A stretch of DNA of 64,000 bases from Gammaproteobacteria bacterium (GCA_029287435.1 JARFRD010000063.1:5431-69430); one strand, 5' to 3'; positions 1 through 11,036 are shown, numbered from the stretch's first letter. Numbers and translations are program-made. The notes: a model not told the origin generated them from the letters alone.

Positions 1-393
1 GGATTCGACGACTTCGAAGACAATCCACATAAGCCGCGCAACATAACGGAAAATACTGTTGCCTATACTGGTACCCACGATAACAACACTTTACGAGGCT
101 GGTTCTCATCGCTTTCTGTGCAGCAGCAGGAACACGTTCGTCACACTATTGGTATCTCGCCGCAAGATGATATTGTCTGGTCAATGATAGAATCTTCTAT
201 GTTTTCCAGGGCCTGTCTGTCAGTTATACCTATGCAGGATTTTCTGGAACTCGGAAAAGATGCCAGACTGAATACACCGGGCACAATGGAGGGCAACTGG
301 AACTGGATGCTGTCGATGGAGAGCCTGGACAATGATCTACAACTGCGCATTCATGATTTACTGAATGAAAGTGGGCGTTTAGCAAATGAGTAA
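1..393 (+). CDS. malQ: 4-alpha-glucanotransferase (amylomaltase), C-terminal part, truncated by window edge
   Basis: Frame 1 is open from base 1: GFDDFEDNPHKPRNITENTVAYTGTHDNNTLRGW...IPMQDFLELGKDARLNTPGTMEGNWNW, the GH77 C-terminal motifs; overlaps the glgB start. Confidence 0.93.
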   Translation, partial: GFDDFEDNPHKPRNITENTVAYTGTHDNNTLRGWFSSLSVQQQEHVRHTIGISPQDDIVWSMIESSMFSRACLSVIPMQDFLELGKDARLNTPGTMEGNWNWMLSMESLDNDLQLRIHDLLNESGRLANE

Positions 394-2560
394 TTACAAA
401 TGGCAGATGCAGCAACTTCAGCAGGGCAGACTACATGATCCGTTTGCCGTACTCGGTGTTCAGCCATGTAACGGTGGCTCAATCGTAAGAGCGATGATGC
501 CGACAGCAGAGTCTGTAAACCTGCAGGGTTTTGGAGCAATGACCCGGCTGCAGGGTACGGACATTTTTGAGTTCCAACTTACCCGCAAGCAGACCGCAGC
601 TTTACCCCAGCATTACAAACTGGACTGGGTGGAAAAGCATCAAGGTAACAGTTATGAGGTTATTTCTCCCTATAGCTTCTCACCACAGATTGGTGACCTT
701 GATCTGCATCTGTTTGCTGAGGGGCGTCACCATCATGCCTATCGCTTTCTTGGCGCCAGACTGATGACTGTGGATGGTATAGCCGGTTGCCAGTTCGCTG
801 TCTGGGCTCCAGGTGTCAAACGCGTTAGTGTAGTTGGAAGCTTCAACGGCTGGCATGGATTGCGCCACCTGATGCGTAATCGTGGCTATTCAGGTATATG
901 GGAAATCTTCATCCCCGGATTAACCAGTGGAGATAATTACCAGTATGAAATCCTCACCGAGGATGATTCTGTTTTGACCAAGATTGATCCTTACGCACAA
1001 CAAATGAAGTCAAGACCTCAGATTGATTGTGTTGTTCCTGCAGATGAACAATTTGAGTGGCAGGATGACCAGTGGATGACGCAGCGAAAGAACTGGGACT
1101 GGCAGCGCGAACCAATGGCAATTTACGAGCTACACCTTGGTTCCTGGCAAAGAAACAAGCAAGGTGATTTCATGAATTACCGCGATATTGCATTACGCCT
1201 GGTCGATTACGTATCAGCTTTAGGTTACACACATATTGAACTGTTGCCTGTGATGGAACATCCACTGGACCAGTCCTGGGGCTACCAGGTGACAGGCTTC
1301 TATGCTCCCACGGCACGTTTCGGTTCACCGAATGATTTTCGTTTTCTGGTAGACCTTTGTCATCAGAGGGGTATCGGTGTGATGCTTGACTGGGTACCGG
1401 GGCATTTTCCGCGAGATGAATACGCACTGGCTCGTTTTACTGGCAGGGCAACCTATGAACATGCCGACCCACGGCGAGGTGAGCACAAAGACTGGGGTAC
1501 ATTGATCTTTGACTACGGTCGAAATGAGGTGAAGAATTTCCTGTTATCCAATGCAATCTACTGGCTGCAGGAATTTCATGTCGACGGACTGCGTGTGGAT
1601 GCCGTGGCTTCTATGCTTTATCTGGATTATTCGAGAAAGGACGGCGAATGGATGCCAAATGAATTTGGCGGTCGGGAAAATCTCGAAGTGATCGCTTTTT
1701 TCAAGGATCTCAATGAAGTCGTACATGCCAGTTTCCCCGGTGCCCTGACTATGGCGGAAGAGTCGACCTCGTGGCCAATGGTGTCACGCCCGGTCTATCT
1801 TGGCGGGCTTGGGTTTTCCATGAAATGGAATATGGGGTGGATGAACGATACGCTGGAATATATCGAGTTTGATCCGGTACATCGCAAGTATCACCAGGAC
1901 AAGTTAACTTTCAGTCAGCTGTATGCCTACACGGAGAATTTCATTCTGCCGTTTTCGCATGATGAGGTCGTGCACATGAAGCGCAGCATGCTCGACAAGA
2001 TGCCTGGTGACGAATGGCAGAAGCGAGCCAACCTCAGGTTGTTATATGCGTGGCAGTATGCTCATCCCGGCAAGAAACTGCTCTTTATGGGCGGTGAGTT
2101 TGGTCAATGGGATGAATGGGACTGTCAAAAAGCCCTGGACTGGTCATTAGCCTCTGTAGCGGGACATCAGGGCTTGCAGTTTCTGGTTGGTGATCTGAAT
2201 CGACTTTACCGCCAGTACAGTGCCCTGCACCAACGTGATTTCTCCGGCGATGGGTTCGAATGGATTGACTGTGAAAATCGGGATCAATCGGTATTGTCTT
2301 TCATTCGCTGGTCAGAGCATGATCATATTGTCTGTTTGTTTAATTTTACTCCGGTGCCTCGTCATGCTTATCGCATTGGTGTGCCTGAAGTTGGTGACTA
2401 CCATGAGATACTGAATACCGATTCGGACTATTATGGCGGCAGCAATCAGGGTAATGAAGGAGTTCTTAACGCACATGCGCAGGTCTGGAAGGGAATGCCT
2501 GCTTCCGTCGAGCTGACATTACCGCCGCTGTCGGCACTGCTGCTTAGAAAACAATCATGA
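386..2560 (+). CDS. glgB: 1,4-alpha-glucan branching enzyme
   Basis: 724 aa; FAVWAP, YELHLGSW, SWGYQ, DWVPGHF, DGLRVDAVASMLY, AEEST, LPFSHDEVVH motifs. Confidence 0.97.
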   Translation: MSNYKWQMQQLQQGRLHDPFAVLGVQPCNGGSIVRAMMPTAESVNLQGFGAMTRLQGTDIFEFQLTRKQTAALPQHYKLDWVEKHQGNSYEVISPYSFSPQIGDLDLHLFAEGRHHHAYRFLGARLMTVDGIAGCQFAVWAPGVKRVSVVGSFNGWHGLRHLMRNRGYSGIWEIFIPGLTSGDNYQYEILTEDDSVLTKIDPYAQQMKSRPQIDCVVPADEQFEWQDDQWMTQRKNWDWQREPMAIYELHLGSWQRNKQGDFMNYRDIALRLVDYVSALGYTHIELLPVMEHPLDQSWGYQVTGFYAPTARFGSPNDFRFLVDLCHQRGIGVMLDWVPGHFPRDEYALARFTGRATYEHADPRRGEHKDWGTLIFDYGRNEVKNFLLSNAIYWLQEFHVDGLRVDAVASMLYLDYSRKDGEWMPNEFGGRENLEVIAFFKDLNEVVHASFPGALTMAEESTSWPMVSRPVYLGGLGFSMKWNMGWMNDTLEYIEFDPVHRKYHQDKLTFSQLYAYTENFILPFSHDEVVHMKRSMLDKMPGDEWQKRANLRLLYAWQYAHPGKKLLFMGGEFGQWDEWDCQKALDWSLASVAGHQGLQFLVGDLNRLYRQYSALHQRDFSGDGFEWIDCENRDQSVLSFIRWSEHDHIVCLFNFTPVPRHAYRIGVPEVGDYHEILNTDSDYYGGSNQGNEGVLNAHAQVWKGMPASVELTLPPLSALLLRKQS

Positions 2561-4032
2561 AAGTTCTGTTTACCTCGAGTGAGATGTATCCCTTGATAAA
2601 AACGGGCGGTCTGGCTGATGTAAGCTGGAGCCTGCCACAGGCCCTCGCTGCCAATGGGGCCGATGTGCGCATTGTGCTGCCCGCCTACCTGGACATCATG
2701 AAGCAGATAAAAACATTTCGCATCGCTGGCTGGTTGGAATTGCCGGGTGTGAACAGGCACTACGACGCAAGAGTGATCGAGGTGCAGGATGAAACCCTGC
2801 CAGTGAATTTATGGCTGATAGATATCCCGGAGTTATATTGTCGTGCGGGAAACCCTTATCTTGATCCCGATGGTTATGACTGGCCTGATAATGCAGAGCG
2901 CTTCACGGTATTTTCGCGCGCTGTAGCAGGTCTGGCAGTGGATCATGCCAATACCGGCTGGACCCCTGATGTGGTTCACAGCAATGACTGGCAAACTGGA
3001 CTGGTTGCTGCTTTTCTGAGTCTGCAGAGTAGCCCTGTCATTAAAATATTTACCATTCATAATCTTGCCTATGGCGGGCATTACTCGCATGATGAGTTCA
3101 TGGCCCTGAAGCTACCGTCGGAGTGGTGGTCGCATGAATCAGTCGAATTTTACAGCGGTTTCTCCATGCTCAAGGCAGGGATAGTGTTTTCTGATCACGT
3201 AACAACTGTCAGCCCGACCTATGCAAAGGAAATCTGCACTGCTGATTTCGGCTATGGTTTCGAAGGATTGTTGCATTCACGTCAACATAAATTGACTGGA
3301 ATTCTCAATGGCATTGATTCAGACAAGTGGAATCCCGCCACCGATTCCAGTCTTGCCGCTAATTATAGCCCTGGGCAGGATGATATATTCGAAGCCAAGC
3401 GAAAAAACCGTCAGGCATTGTTAAAAGCATTCGGAGCTAATCTGAAACAGTCGCGTAGCGCCGCACCAGTGCTTGGTTTTATTGGTCGGCTGGTGGAACA
3501 GAAAGGTGTTGATCTGCTGTTGCAGGTAATCCCACGCCTGCTTGCTAATACGACGGCACGTTTTGTTGTTCTCGGCAGTGGCCAGGCAGATTATGAACAG
3601 CGATTACAACAACTATCCGAGCTGCACGCTGACAGAGTTTTTCTTCATCTTGGATATTCCGAGCCACTGGCACATCAGATCGAAGCGGGTAGCGACCTGT
3701 TTCTGATGCCTTCACGCTTCGAACCCTGTGGACTGAACCAGCTCTATAGCCTGCGTTACGGTACCCCACCTGTGGTACACAAAACTGGAGGCCTGGCTGA
3801 TACCGTTGTTCATGCCAGCGCAGAAGCATTGCATCAGGGAACGGCAACTGGTTTCGTGTTTACACGACAGCATGCTGATGCCCTGTATGATGCTATAGAC
3901 TATGCTCTGTCTCTGCGACGCCGGCCAAAAGTCTGGAAAAAACTGGTGCAAAATGCCATGCAACAACACTTTGACTGGCAGGACAGTGCGCAGCAATACC
4001 TTGATTTATACCAACAATATGAAGCCAGATAA
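2557..4032 (+). CDS. glgA: glycogen synthase
   Basis: N-terminal SEMYPLIKTGGLADV, HSNDWQTG, TIHNLAY, RLVEQKG, MPSRFEPCGLNQL; ATGA overlap with glgB. Confidence 0.97.
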   Translation: MKVLFTSSEMYPLIKTGGLADVSWSLPQALAANGADVRIVLPAYLDIMKQIKTFRIAGWLELPGVNRHYDARVIEVQDETLPVNLWLIDIPELYCRAGNPYLDPDGYDWPDNAERFTVFSRAVAGLAVDHANTGWTPDVVHSNDWQTGLVAAFLSLQSSPVIKIFTIHNLAYGGHYSHDEFMALKLPSEWWSHESVEFYSGFSMLKAGIVFSDHVTTVSPTYAKEICTADFGYGFEGLLHSRQHKLTGILNGIDSDKWNPATDSSLAANYSPGQDDIFEAKRKNRQALLKAFGANLKQSRSAAPVLGFIGRLVEQKGVDLLLQVIPRLLANTTARFVVLGSGQADYEQRLQQLSELHADRVFLHLGYSEPLAHQIEAGSDLFLMPSRFEPCGLNQLYSLRYGTPPVVHKTGGLADTVVHASAEALHQGTATGFVFTRQHADALYDAIDYALSLRRRPKVWKKLVQNAMQQHFDWQDSAQQYLDLYQQYEAR

Positions 4033-4033
4033 A

Positions 4034-6565
4034 ATGATTGATATCGATGATATAAAGTTATTGAAGTTAAAAGCGATAGACTTCAACGAACCATCAACCA
4101 ATGCGAAAAAGCTGGAGAGGGATTTTCTGTACTATTTGTGCAATCACCTTGGCCATTTTACCAACTGCAGTAAATATAGCCTCTACGAAGCCATGGCTCT
4201 GGTGATACGTGATCGTATCATGGGTAACTGGCATCGAACCTGGGATACTTACCGGCGTAACAAAGTCAGGCGTGCCTCCTACCTGTCACTGGAGTTCCTT
4301 ATTGGCCGTTCACTCGGTAACCATGTCCTGAACCTGGATTTGCGGGACAATATTGACCAGGCCATACAGGATTTCTGTTTCAAGCTGGAAGGCATTGAGC
4401 AGCAGGAACACGATGCCGGGCTAGGCAATGGTGGTCTGGGCAGGCTGGCTGCCTGTTTTATGGATTCCTGTGCTGCACTACAGCTACCGGTGATCGGCTT
4501 TGGCCTGCGTTATGAGTACGGGATTTTCAGGCAGCAACTTGAACATGGTTATCAGATCGAGGAACCAGATCACTGGCTGCGCGAAGGTAATCCATGGGAA
4601 ATCAAACGTAGCGAATTATCTCAGGTAATTCATTTCGGGGGCAGAACGGAAACCGTAACCGATGAGCAGGGCAGAACGGTAAAAAAATGGGTCGATACGC
4701 AGGATATTCTGGCCATTCCCTATGACGTGCCAGTGTCGGGATATCAAAATGATACTGTGAATACCCTGCGTCTGTGGCGTGCGGCAGCTACCGATGAGTT
4801 TTCGCTGGAGGAATTCAATGCTGGTGATTACGCTGAAGCGGTAGAACAAAAAAATCATGCTGAGGCCATTACCATGGTGCTGTATCCCAATGATACCAGT
4901 GAAAATGGCAAGGAACTGCGTCTGCGGCAGCAGTATTTCCTGGCCTCGGCCAGTCTTAAAGATATTCAACGCAGCTGGAAAGAAACCAGTAGTAATGGCA
5001 TGACTGACTTTGCCGAAGGCAATATATTTCAGCTCAATGATACCCATCCTTCGATCGCGGTAGCTGAGTTGATGCGCATCCTGATCGATGAAAATGGTAT
5101 GCAGTGGGATCAGGCATGGGATATCACCACCAGCTGCATGGCCTATACCAACCATACCTTGTTGCCGGAAGCGCTGGAAAAATGGCCGGTGTTTCTATTT
5201 GAACGATTACTGCCGCGTGTTCTCGAGATTATCTACAAGATCAATTCACAGATGCTTAGAGAAATTTCGCAGCGTTGGCCTGGTGACGCGGAACGAATGA
5301 AACGAATGTCGCTAGTCGAGGAAGGAGCAGTGCGCCAGGTCAGGATGGCACATCTGGCCATCGCCGGCAGTTTCTCAGTCAATGGCGTTGCACATCTGCA
5401 TTCCGAGTTATTGAAGGACGGCCTGTTTCGAGATTTTTACGAGCTATGGCCGGAAAAATTCAACAATAAAACCAATGGTGTTACACCACGACGCTGGATT
5501 GCCCATGCCAACCCACTAATGAGTAGCCTGATCAGTCAGCATATAGGTGAAAACTGGCTACGGGATCTGCGCCAGATCGATGCGCTGAAGAAATTCAGTG
5601 ACCCGTCAGAAAAGAAGTTTCACGATACCTGGTATGAGGTCAAGCACCAGAATAAGGAACGTCTGGCACGTCTCGTAGAACAGCAATGTGGCATTGTATT
5701 CAACCCTCACTCGATGTTTGATGTGCAGGTAAAACGTATTCATGAATACAAGCGCCAGTTATTGAATGTACTGCACGTAATTCATCTCTATAACCGCATA
5801 AAAGCTGGTCATGTCGAGAACTGGACCAATCGCTGTGTGCTTATAGGCGGCAAGGCTGCCCCTGGTTATTCACGGGCTAAAATGATAATCAAACTGATCA
5901 ATAATGTTTCCTCAGTAATCAATGAGGATCCTGATATCGGAGATCTTCTGAAGCTCACTTTTTTGCCTAATTTCAGTGTCTCGGCAATGGAGATCATTGC
6001 TCCGGGTACAGACCTGTCGGAACAGATTTCAACGGCAGGAAAGGAAGCCTCGGGAACCGGAAATATGAAGTTCATGATGAATGGTGCCTTGACCATCGGT
6101 ACCTATGATGGTGCCAATATAGAAATACTGGATGCTGTCGGGAAGAATAATTTCTTCCTTTTCGGCCACCGTGTCGAGGATCTGGCAGCGATGAAGGAAC
6201 ACTATAATCCTCAGTCTATCATTGACGGTGATGAGGATCTGCGCAAGGTCATGAACCTGCTCGAGTCAGGTCATTTCAATATTGATGAACCGGGAATCTT
6301 CAATGATCTCATCGATACGCTCAAGGATCGTCATGATCCCTGGTTTACCCTGGCAGATTTTCGTGACTACATTGATACCCAGCAACGTGCAGCAGATTGC
6401 TATCGTGATCGGCAGCAATGGATAAAGATGAGCATCATGAATACTGCATGCTGCGGAATGTTCTCTTCAGACCGAACTATTGAGGAATACAATAACGATA
6501 TATGGAAGCTGGACCAGATTAAACCTGGTCCGATAAATCCGACAACTGCTGAGCCCTCCAGGTAG
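4034..6565 (+). CDS. glgP: glycogen/maltodextrin phosphorylase (copy 1)
   Basis: LGNGGLGRLAACF, QLNDTHP, YTNHTLLPEALE, VKRIHEYKRQ, PLP-lysine motif EASGTGNMK; start placed at ATG 4034 just after the glgA stop rather than at 3902. Confidence 0.96.
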   Translation: MIDIDDIKLLKLKAIDFNEPSTNAKKLERDFLYYLCNHLGHFTNCSKYSLYEAMALVIRDRIMGNWHRTWDTYRRNKVRRASYLSLEFLIGRSLGNHVLNLDLRDNIDQAIQDFCFKLEGIEQQEHDAGLGNGGLGRLAACFMDSCAALQLPVIGFGLRYEYGIFRQQLEHGYQIEEPDHWLREGNPWEIKRSELSQVIHFGGRTETVTDEQGRTVKKWVDTQDILAIPYDVPVSGYQNDTVNTLRLWRAAATDEFSLEEFNAGDYAEAVEQKNHAEAITMVLYPNDTSENGKELRLRQQYFLASASLKDIQRSWKETSSNGMTDFAEGNIFQLNDTHPSIAVAELMRILIDENGMQWDQAWDITTSCMAYTNHTLLPEALEKWPVFLFERLLPRVLEIIYKINSQMLREISQRWPGDAERMKRMSLVEEGAVRQVRMAHLAIAGSFSVNGVAHLHSELLKDGLFRDFYELWPEKFNNKTNGVTPRRWIAHANPLMSSLISQHIGENWLRDLRQIDALKKFSDPSEKKFHDTWYEVKHQNKERLARLVEQQCGIVFNPHSMFDVQVKRIHEYKRQLLNVLHVIHLYNRIKAGHVENWTNRCVLIGGKAAPGYSRAKMIIKLINNVSSVINEDPDIGDLLKLTFLPNFSVSAMEIIAPGTDLSEQISTAGKEASGTGNMKFMMNGALTIGTYDGANIEILDAVGKNNFFLFGHRVEDLAAMKEHYNPQSIIDGDEDLRKVMNLLESGHFNIDEPGIFNDLIDTLKDRHDPWFTLADFRDYIDTQQRAADCYRDRQQWIKMSIMNTACCGMFSSDRTIEEYNNDIWKLDQIKPGPINPTTAEPSR

Positions 6566-6691
6566 TTTCTTGATTGCACATAAAATGAGAAAAAACCAGT
6601 CAGTTTGTCTTCAAGCCTGAATGAAATAAGCAGAATATAAACTGCCCATTAAAGTCGAAAACCTCAGTCATGCGGCATCACAACAACTAAC

Positions 6692-9460
6692 TCATGTTAA
6701 TGCCGCATGCGCTGCCGCCAGTCGTGCGACAGGTACGCGGGGTGCTGAACAGGAAATGTAGTCGAGTCCGGCACGATGACAAAAGTATATCGATGCAGGA
6801 TGTCCGCCATGTTCACCACAAATACCGACCTGCAGATCAGGGCGTGCTTTTCTGCCCCACTCGACTGCCAGTGCCATCAGTTTGCCAACGCCTTTTTCAT
6901 CCAGTACTTCAAATGGGTTGTCCTGAAGTATTCCGTACTCGTTGTACATTGGCAGGAACTTGTTTTCAGCGTCTTCACGAGAGAACGAGAATGTTGCCTG
7001 GGTCAGGTCGTTGGTACCAAAAGAAAAGAACTCTGCTTCTTCGGCGAGATTTTCTGCGCGCATGCAGGCACGCACTACTTCGATCATGGTGCCGAACTGG
7101 AACTGCGGTGCATGACCCAGGTCTTCTTTCAGCTCATCGCTGATAGAATTGACATGTTCTTTTACGTACTGTAGTTCCTGTGCAGTGCATACCTGTGGGA
7201 CCTTGATCTTGGGATGTACTTCGATGCCGTTTTTTTCACACTCTATGGCTGCCTCCAGTATGGCGCGAATCTGCATGGAATAGATTTCCGGGAAGGTTAT
7301 GCCAAGACGGACGCCACGATGACCCAGCATTGGATTAGTTTCATAGAGTACCCGCACCTTTTTCAGCATCGACTCTTTCTTGGCTATGGCTTCCTCAACG
7401 AGGTGAGCCTCGACGAGATGGCGGATCGATTCAGCCTCGCTGCTTGCCCTGTTCGGATCCACCAGCAATGACATAGTGCCTGCAAGCACATCAATACCCT
7501 GGACCGTTTGTTTCAACCGCCTCAGGTACTTAAGCTCATCCATCAACTGGCTCTCTGATGGCAAAAATTCATGTATCGGAGGATCCAGCAGGCGAATGGT
7601 TACCGGATGCGGAGACATTACTTCGAACAGCTCTTTGAAGTCACTGCGCTGCATGGGTAGTAACTTGTCCAGGGCAGCCTGCCGATCTTCAAGTGTGTCT
7701 GCGACGATCATTTCGATCACCACAGGCAGACGATCGACATCATTGAACATTCGCTCAGTACGGCACAGTCCAATGCCTTTAGCGCCATATTTCAGCGCAC
7801 GTCGTCCATCTGAGGCGCTATCGCCGTTGGCCATGACAATCAATCGTGCTGCCTCATCTGCCCAGTGCAGGAGTATATTGAGCTCGGTGGAGAAGTCCGC
7901 TTCAACGGTAGCAATCTCACCGAGATAAACGCGCCCGGTTGTACCATCAAGGGTAATCATGTCACCTTCATGGATTGTGGTATCACCAACAAATGCTTCG
8001 CGCATGGCGACATCCACCTCTATTCCTTCTGCACCTGCAACACAGGGTTTGCCCATGCCGCGAGCGACGACTGCTGCATGCGAGGTCTTGCCGCCCCGGC
8101 TTGTCAGGATCCCCTGCGAGGCGAAGAACCCGTGGATGTCCTCCGGTTTGGTTTCTTCGCGAACCAGAATAACACGCTCACCGGCCTTGCCCTGTTTCTC
8201 TGCCCTGTCGGCATCGAACACGGCACGACCACAGGCTGCGCCTGGCGAAGCAGGTAAACCCTGTGCCAGGGCAGTGGCACGGACATCCGGGTCGATGCGC
8301 GGGTAAAGCATCTGCTCCAGCAATACAGGATCGATACGCAGCAACGCCTGTTTTTTATCTATCAATCCCTCATCTTTCATTTCCACCGAGGTCTTTACCA
8401 TGGCTGCTGCATTCATCTTGCCATTGCGGGTCTGTAGACAATACAGTGTTCCGCGTTCGATGGTAAACTCAAAATCCTGAACTTCATGATAGTGGCTTTC
8501 AAGTTTCTGACGAAGTGCTTCCAGTTGGCGAGCCATTTCCGGCATCTCGTTAACGAGCTGGTCAATTGGCTTTGGTGTGCGGATGCCGGCAACGACATCT
8601 TCGCCCTGTGCATTGACGAGGTATTCGCCATACAGTTTGTTTTCCCCTGTGCCCGGGTTTCGCGTGAAAGCAACGCCAGTGGCAGAGTCATTACCACGAT
8701 TGCCAAATACCATCGTGCAAACATTGACGGCAGTGCCATTGGCCATATCCGGTGTGATATTGAATTCCCGGCGATAGTCGATCGCACGTTTGCCCATCCA
8801 TGAACCAAAGACAGCCTTGATGGCAATCTCCAGCTGCTCATAGGGGTCCTCAGGAAATGGCCGGCCAGTCTGTTCTGCTACGACACGCAGGAATCGTTCG
8901 CTGACTTCTTTAAGGTCGGCAGCAGAAAGTCCGACATCTTCCGATACATGGGCTTTCTGTTTAACTGCTTCGAACTGCTTGTCAAACAGTTCATCATCAA
9001 TGCCCAGAGCAACCTTGCCAAACAACTGTATAAAACGGCGGTAGGAGTCGTAGCCGAAACGTTCATCGCCAGTCTGCCTGATCTCGCCAATGAGGGTTTC
9101 AGAGTTCAGCCCGAGATTGAGTATGGTGTCCATCATGCCTGGCATGGACATGGCAGAACCAGAGCGTACAGATACCAGCAGCGGATCCTCACTATCACCG
9201 AATTTTCTACCGGTAGCAGCCTCCGTGGCCTGCATTTGCATGCGTACCTGTTCCATCAAACCGTCAGGAAGTGCATTATTATCAGCGTCAATGAAGTCCA
9301 GGCAGGCTTCCGTAGTGATGACAAAACCGGGTGGCACATTGAGACCGATCTGGGTCATCTCGCACAGATTAGCTCCCTTGCCGCCAAGCAGTTTCTTGTT
9401 TTTGCCATCGCCTTCGCTAAAGCTGTAGACCCATTTTTTATTTATAGCTGTTTTGTTCAA
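6692..9460 (-). CDS. ppdK: pyruvate, phosphate dikinase
   Basis: LLGGKGANL, LLVSVRSG, GEDVVAGIRTP, phospho-His motif GGKTSHAAVVARG, FSFGTNDLTQ, GICGEHGG; TTG start uncertain. Confidence 0.96.
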   Translation of the reverse strand: MNKTAINKKWVYSFSEGDGKNKKLLGGKGANLCEMTQIGLNVPPGFVITTEACLDFIDADNNALPDGLMEQVRMQMQATEAATGRKFGDSEDPLLVSVRSGSAMSMPGMMDTILNLGLNSETLIGEIRQTGDERFGYDSYRRFIQLFGKVALGIDDELFDKQFEAVKQKAHVSEDVGLSAADLKEVSERFLRVVAEQTGRPFPEDPYEQLEIAIKAVFGSWMGKRAIDYRREFNITPDMANGTAVNVCTMVFGNRGNDSATGVAFTRNPGTGENKLYGEYLVNAQGEDVVAGIRTPKPIDQLVNEMPEMARQLEALRQKLESHYHEVQDFEFTIERGTLYCLQTRNGKMNAAAMVKTSVEMKDEGLIDKKQALLRIDPVLLEQMLYPRIDPDVRATALAQGLPASPGAACGRAVFDADRAEKQGKAGERVILVREETKPEDIHGFFASQGILTSRGGKTSHAAVVARGMGKPCVAGAEGIEVDVAMREAFVGDTTIHEGDMITLDGTTGRVYLGEIATVEADFSTELNILLHWADEAARLIVMANGDSASDGRRALKYGAKGIGLCRTERMFNDVDRLPVVIEMIVADTLEDRQAALDKLLPMQRSDFKELFEVMSPHPVTIRLLDPPIHEFLPSESQLMDELKYLRRLKQTVQGIDVLAGTMSLLVDPNRASSEAESIRHLVEAHLVEEAIAKKESMLKKVRVLYETNPMLGHRGVRLGITFPEIYSMQIRAILEAAIECEKNGIEVHPKIKVPQVCTAQELQYVKEHVNSISDELKEDLGHAPQFQFGTMIEVVRACMRAENLAEEAEFFSFGTNDLTQATFSFSREDAENKFLPMYNEYGILQDNPFEVLDEKGVGKLMALAVEWGRKARPDLQVGICGEHGGHPASIYFCHRAGLDYISCSAPRVPVARLAAAHAALT

Positions 9461-9649
9461 TTTTCCTGACCTCGGGAGAGATAATATTTTATAAGTAACT
9501 TGTTACCGGATTATGACAAAGTGCCATTGCGGGAGATAGTAAAAAATCAGATTTCGTAGTCAAGTCATAAAACTCAAAGGTTAATCCTCTGTATAATATG
9601 CAGTGTATTGCGATATGTATTGTAACTAATAAATCATGGAGAGTCCGGG

Positions 9650-10708
9650 ATGTCCGACCATAAGATCACCTTCACCTACCTGTCGCAGGAAGACCTGTTA
9701 GAGGCTGGCTGTTTTGATATTCATATGGCCATGGAAGTGGCAGAGAAAACCATGCTGGCCTTCAAAGATAATCGTATATTATTTCCGGAGAAGATCGTGC
9801 AGATCTTTGATCAGGCTTCGCAGGATCGCATCAACTGCCTGCCGGCCACTTTGCTGGACGAAAAGGTTAGCGGGGTGAAATGGGTATCTGTTTTCCCGGG
9901 AAATCCGGCATTGCATGGCGCACAAAATTTATCTGCTATCTTTGTCCTTTCCGAGATTGAAAAGGGCTTTCCCACTGCCGTAATGGAGGGCACACTTGCT
10001 TCAAATATGCGGGTTGCGGCAATGGGGGGTGTGGCGGCCAAGCATCTGTCCCGCATGGACAGCGAAGTAATAGGTTTCATTGGTGCTGGTGAACAGGCCA
10101 AGATGCATTTGTTAGCCATGAAGGTGGTCAGGCCCAGCCTGAAAGAATGTCGAGTGGCGGCTAAAACTATCGAAGAGGAAGAGCAGTTCATTGAAGAGCT
10201 GTCACCGTTGTTCACAGACATGAACTTCGTCAGTGCGAAGACACATGGTCGTGCAGCGATGGAGGATGCCGATATTCTGGTTACCGCGACCAGCGCCCAG
10301 GCGCCGTTACTAAAGGCCGCCTGGATGAAACCAGGTGCCTTCTACAGTCACATTGGTGGCTGGGAGGACGAATATGAAGTTGCGCAGAATTGTGACAAGA
10401 TCGTCTGTGACGACTGGGACACCGTCACACACCGCACGCAAACATTGAGCAGGATGTATTCTGAAGGCATTATTTCCGGGGCTGATATCCATGCCGATCT
10501 GCATGAGCTTGTTTCAGGACACAAACCGGGTCGTGAGTCTGATGATGAACGCATCTATTTTAATGCTGTTGGACTGGCTTATATTGATGTTGCAATTGGC
10601 TTGTCCATGTACCAGCGCGCCAGCCGTGCGGGAAGCGGTCAGGATCTTGATCTGCAGCAATGCATGATCTTTGAACATCCGGATATTATGAAGCAGGTGA
10701 GGCTATAA
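9650..10708 (+). CDS. ornithine cyclodeaminase / mu-crystallin family protein
   Basis: GVKWVSVFPGNP, MEGTLASNMR, Rossmann FIGAGEQA, DILVTATS, FNAVGLAYIDVA; RBS GGAG upstream. Confidence 0.88.
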   Translation: MSDHKITFTYLSQEDLLEAGCFDIHMAMEVAEKTMLAFKDNRILFPEKIVQIFDQASQDRINCLPATLLDEKVSGVKWVSVFPGNPALHGAQNLSAIFVLSEIEKGFPTAVMEGTLASNMRVAAMGGVAAKHLSRMDSEVIGFIGAGEQAKMHLLAMKVVRPSLKECRVAAKTIEEEEQFIEELSPLFTDMNFVSAKTHGRAAMEDADILVTATSAQAPLLKAAWMKPGAFYSHIGGWEDEYEVAQNCDKIVCDDWDTVTHRTQTLSRMYSEGIISGADIHADLHELVSGHKPGRESDDERIYFNAVGLAYIDVAIGLSMYQRASRAGSGQDLDLQQCMIFEHPDIMKQVRL

Positions 10709-10739
10709 AAGCTGTGATTCGTCAATTAAGTACTGATAC

Positions 10740-11036
10740 ATGTTAAAACGATTAGACGATAACCCCGAAAAGACTGTCACAGTCACAATAGAGGGGCAGC
10801 CCGTCGAGGTTCCTGCTGGCGAGACCGTTGCTGCCGCCGTGCTTGCCAGTGGTATTGGCTACACACGTACAACACCAGTATCCGGCTCCCCACGCGCGCC
10901 CTTTTGCCTCATGGGAGTGTGCTATGAATGCCTGATGATAATTGATGGCCAGCCCAATCAGCGTGCCTGTAAGGAATACGTCGCTGAAGGAATGACCATA
11001 GAACGACAGCATGGTACTGGTGTGCTACAGACATGA
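10740..11036 (+). CDS. 2Fe-2S small subunit of a flavin opine/imino-acid dehydrogenase (HcnA/OoxC-like)
   Basis: GETVAAAVL, RAPFCLMGVCYECLMIIDG...RAC cysteine pattern. Confidence 0.88.
   Translation: MLKRLDDNPEKTVTVTIEGQPVEVPAGETVAAAVLASGIGYTRTTPVSGSPRAPFCLMGVCYECLMIIDGQPNQRACKEYVAEGMTIERQHGTGVLQT

Noticed and set aside
3902..4033. N-terminal extensions in the ORF track (glgP from 3902; similarly 12286, 57092, 25686, 31954, 37813)
   Set aside because: They overlap upstream genes or lack an RBS; downstream ATGs with coupling or an RBS fit better
6694..9469. Numerous 60-180 aa ORFs antisense to ppdK and other long genes
   Set aside because: Shadow ORFs from codon bias, with no RBS or recognisable motifs
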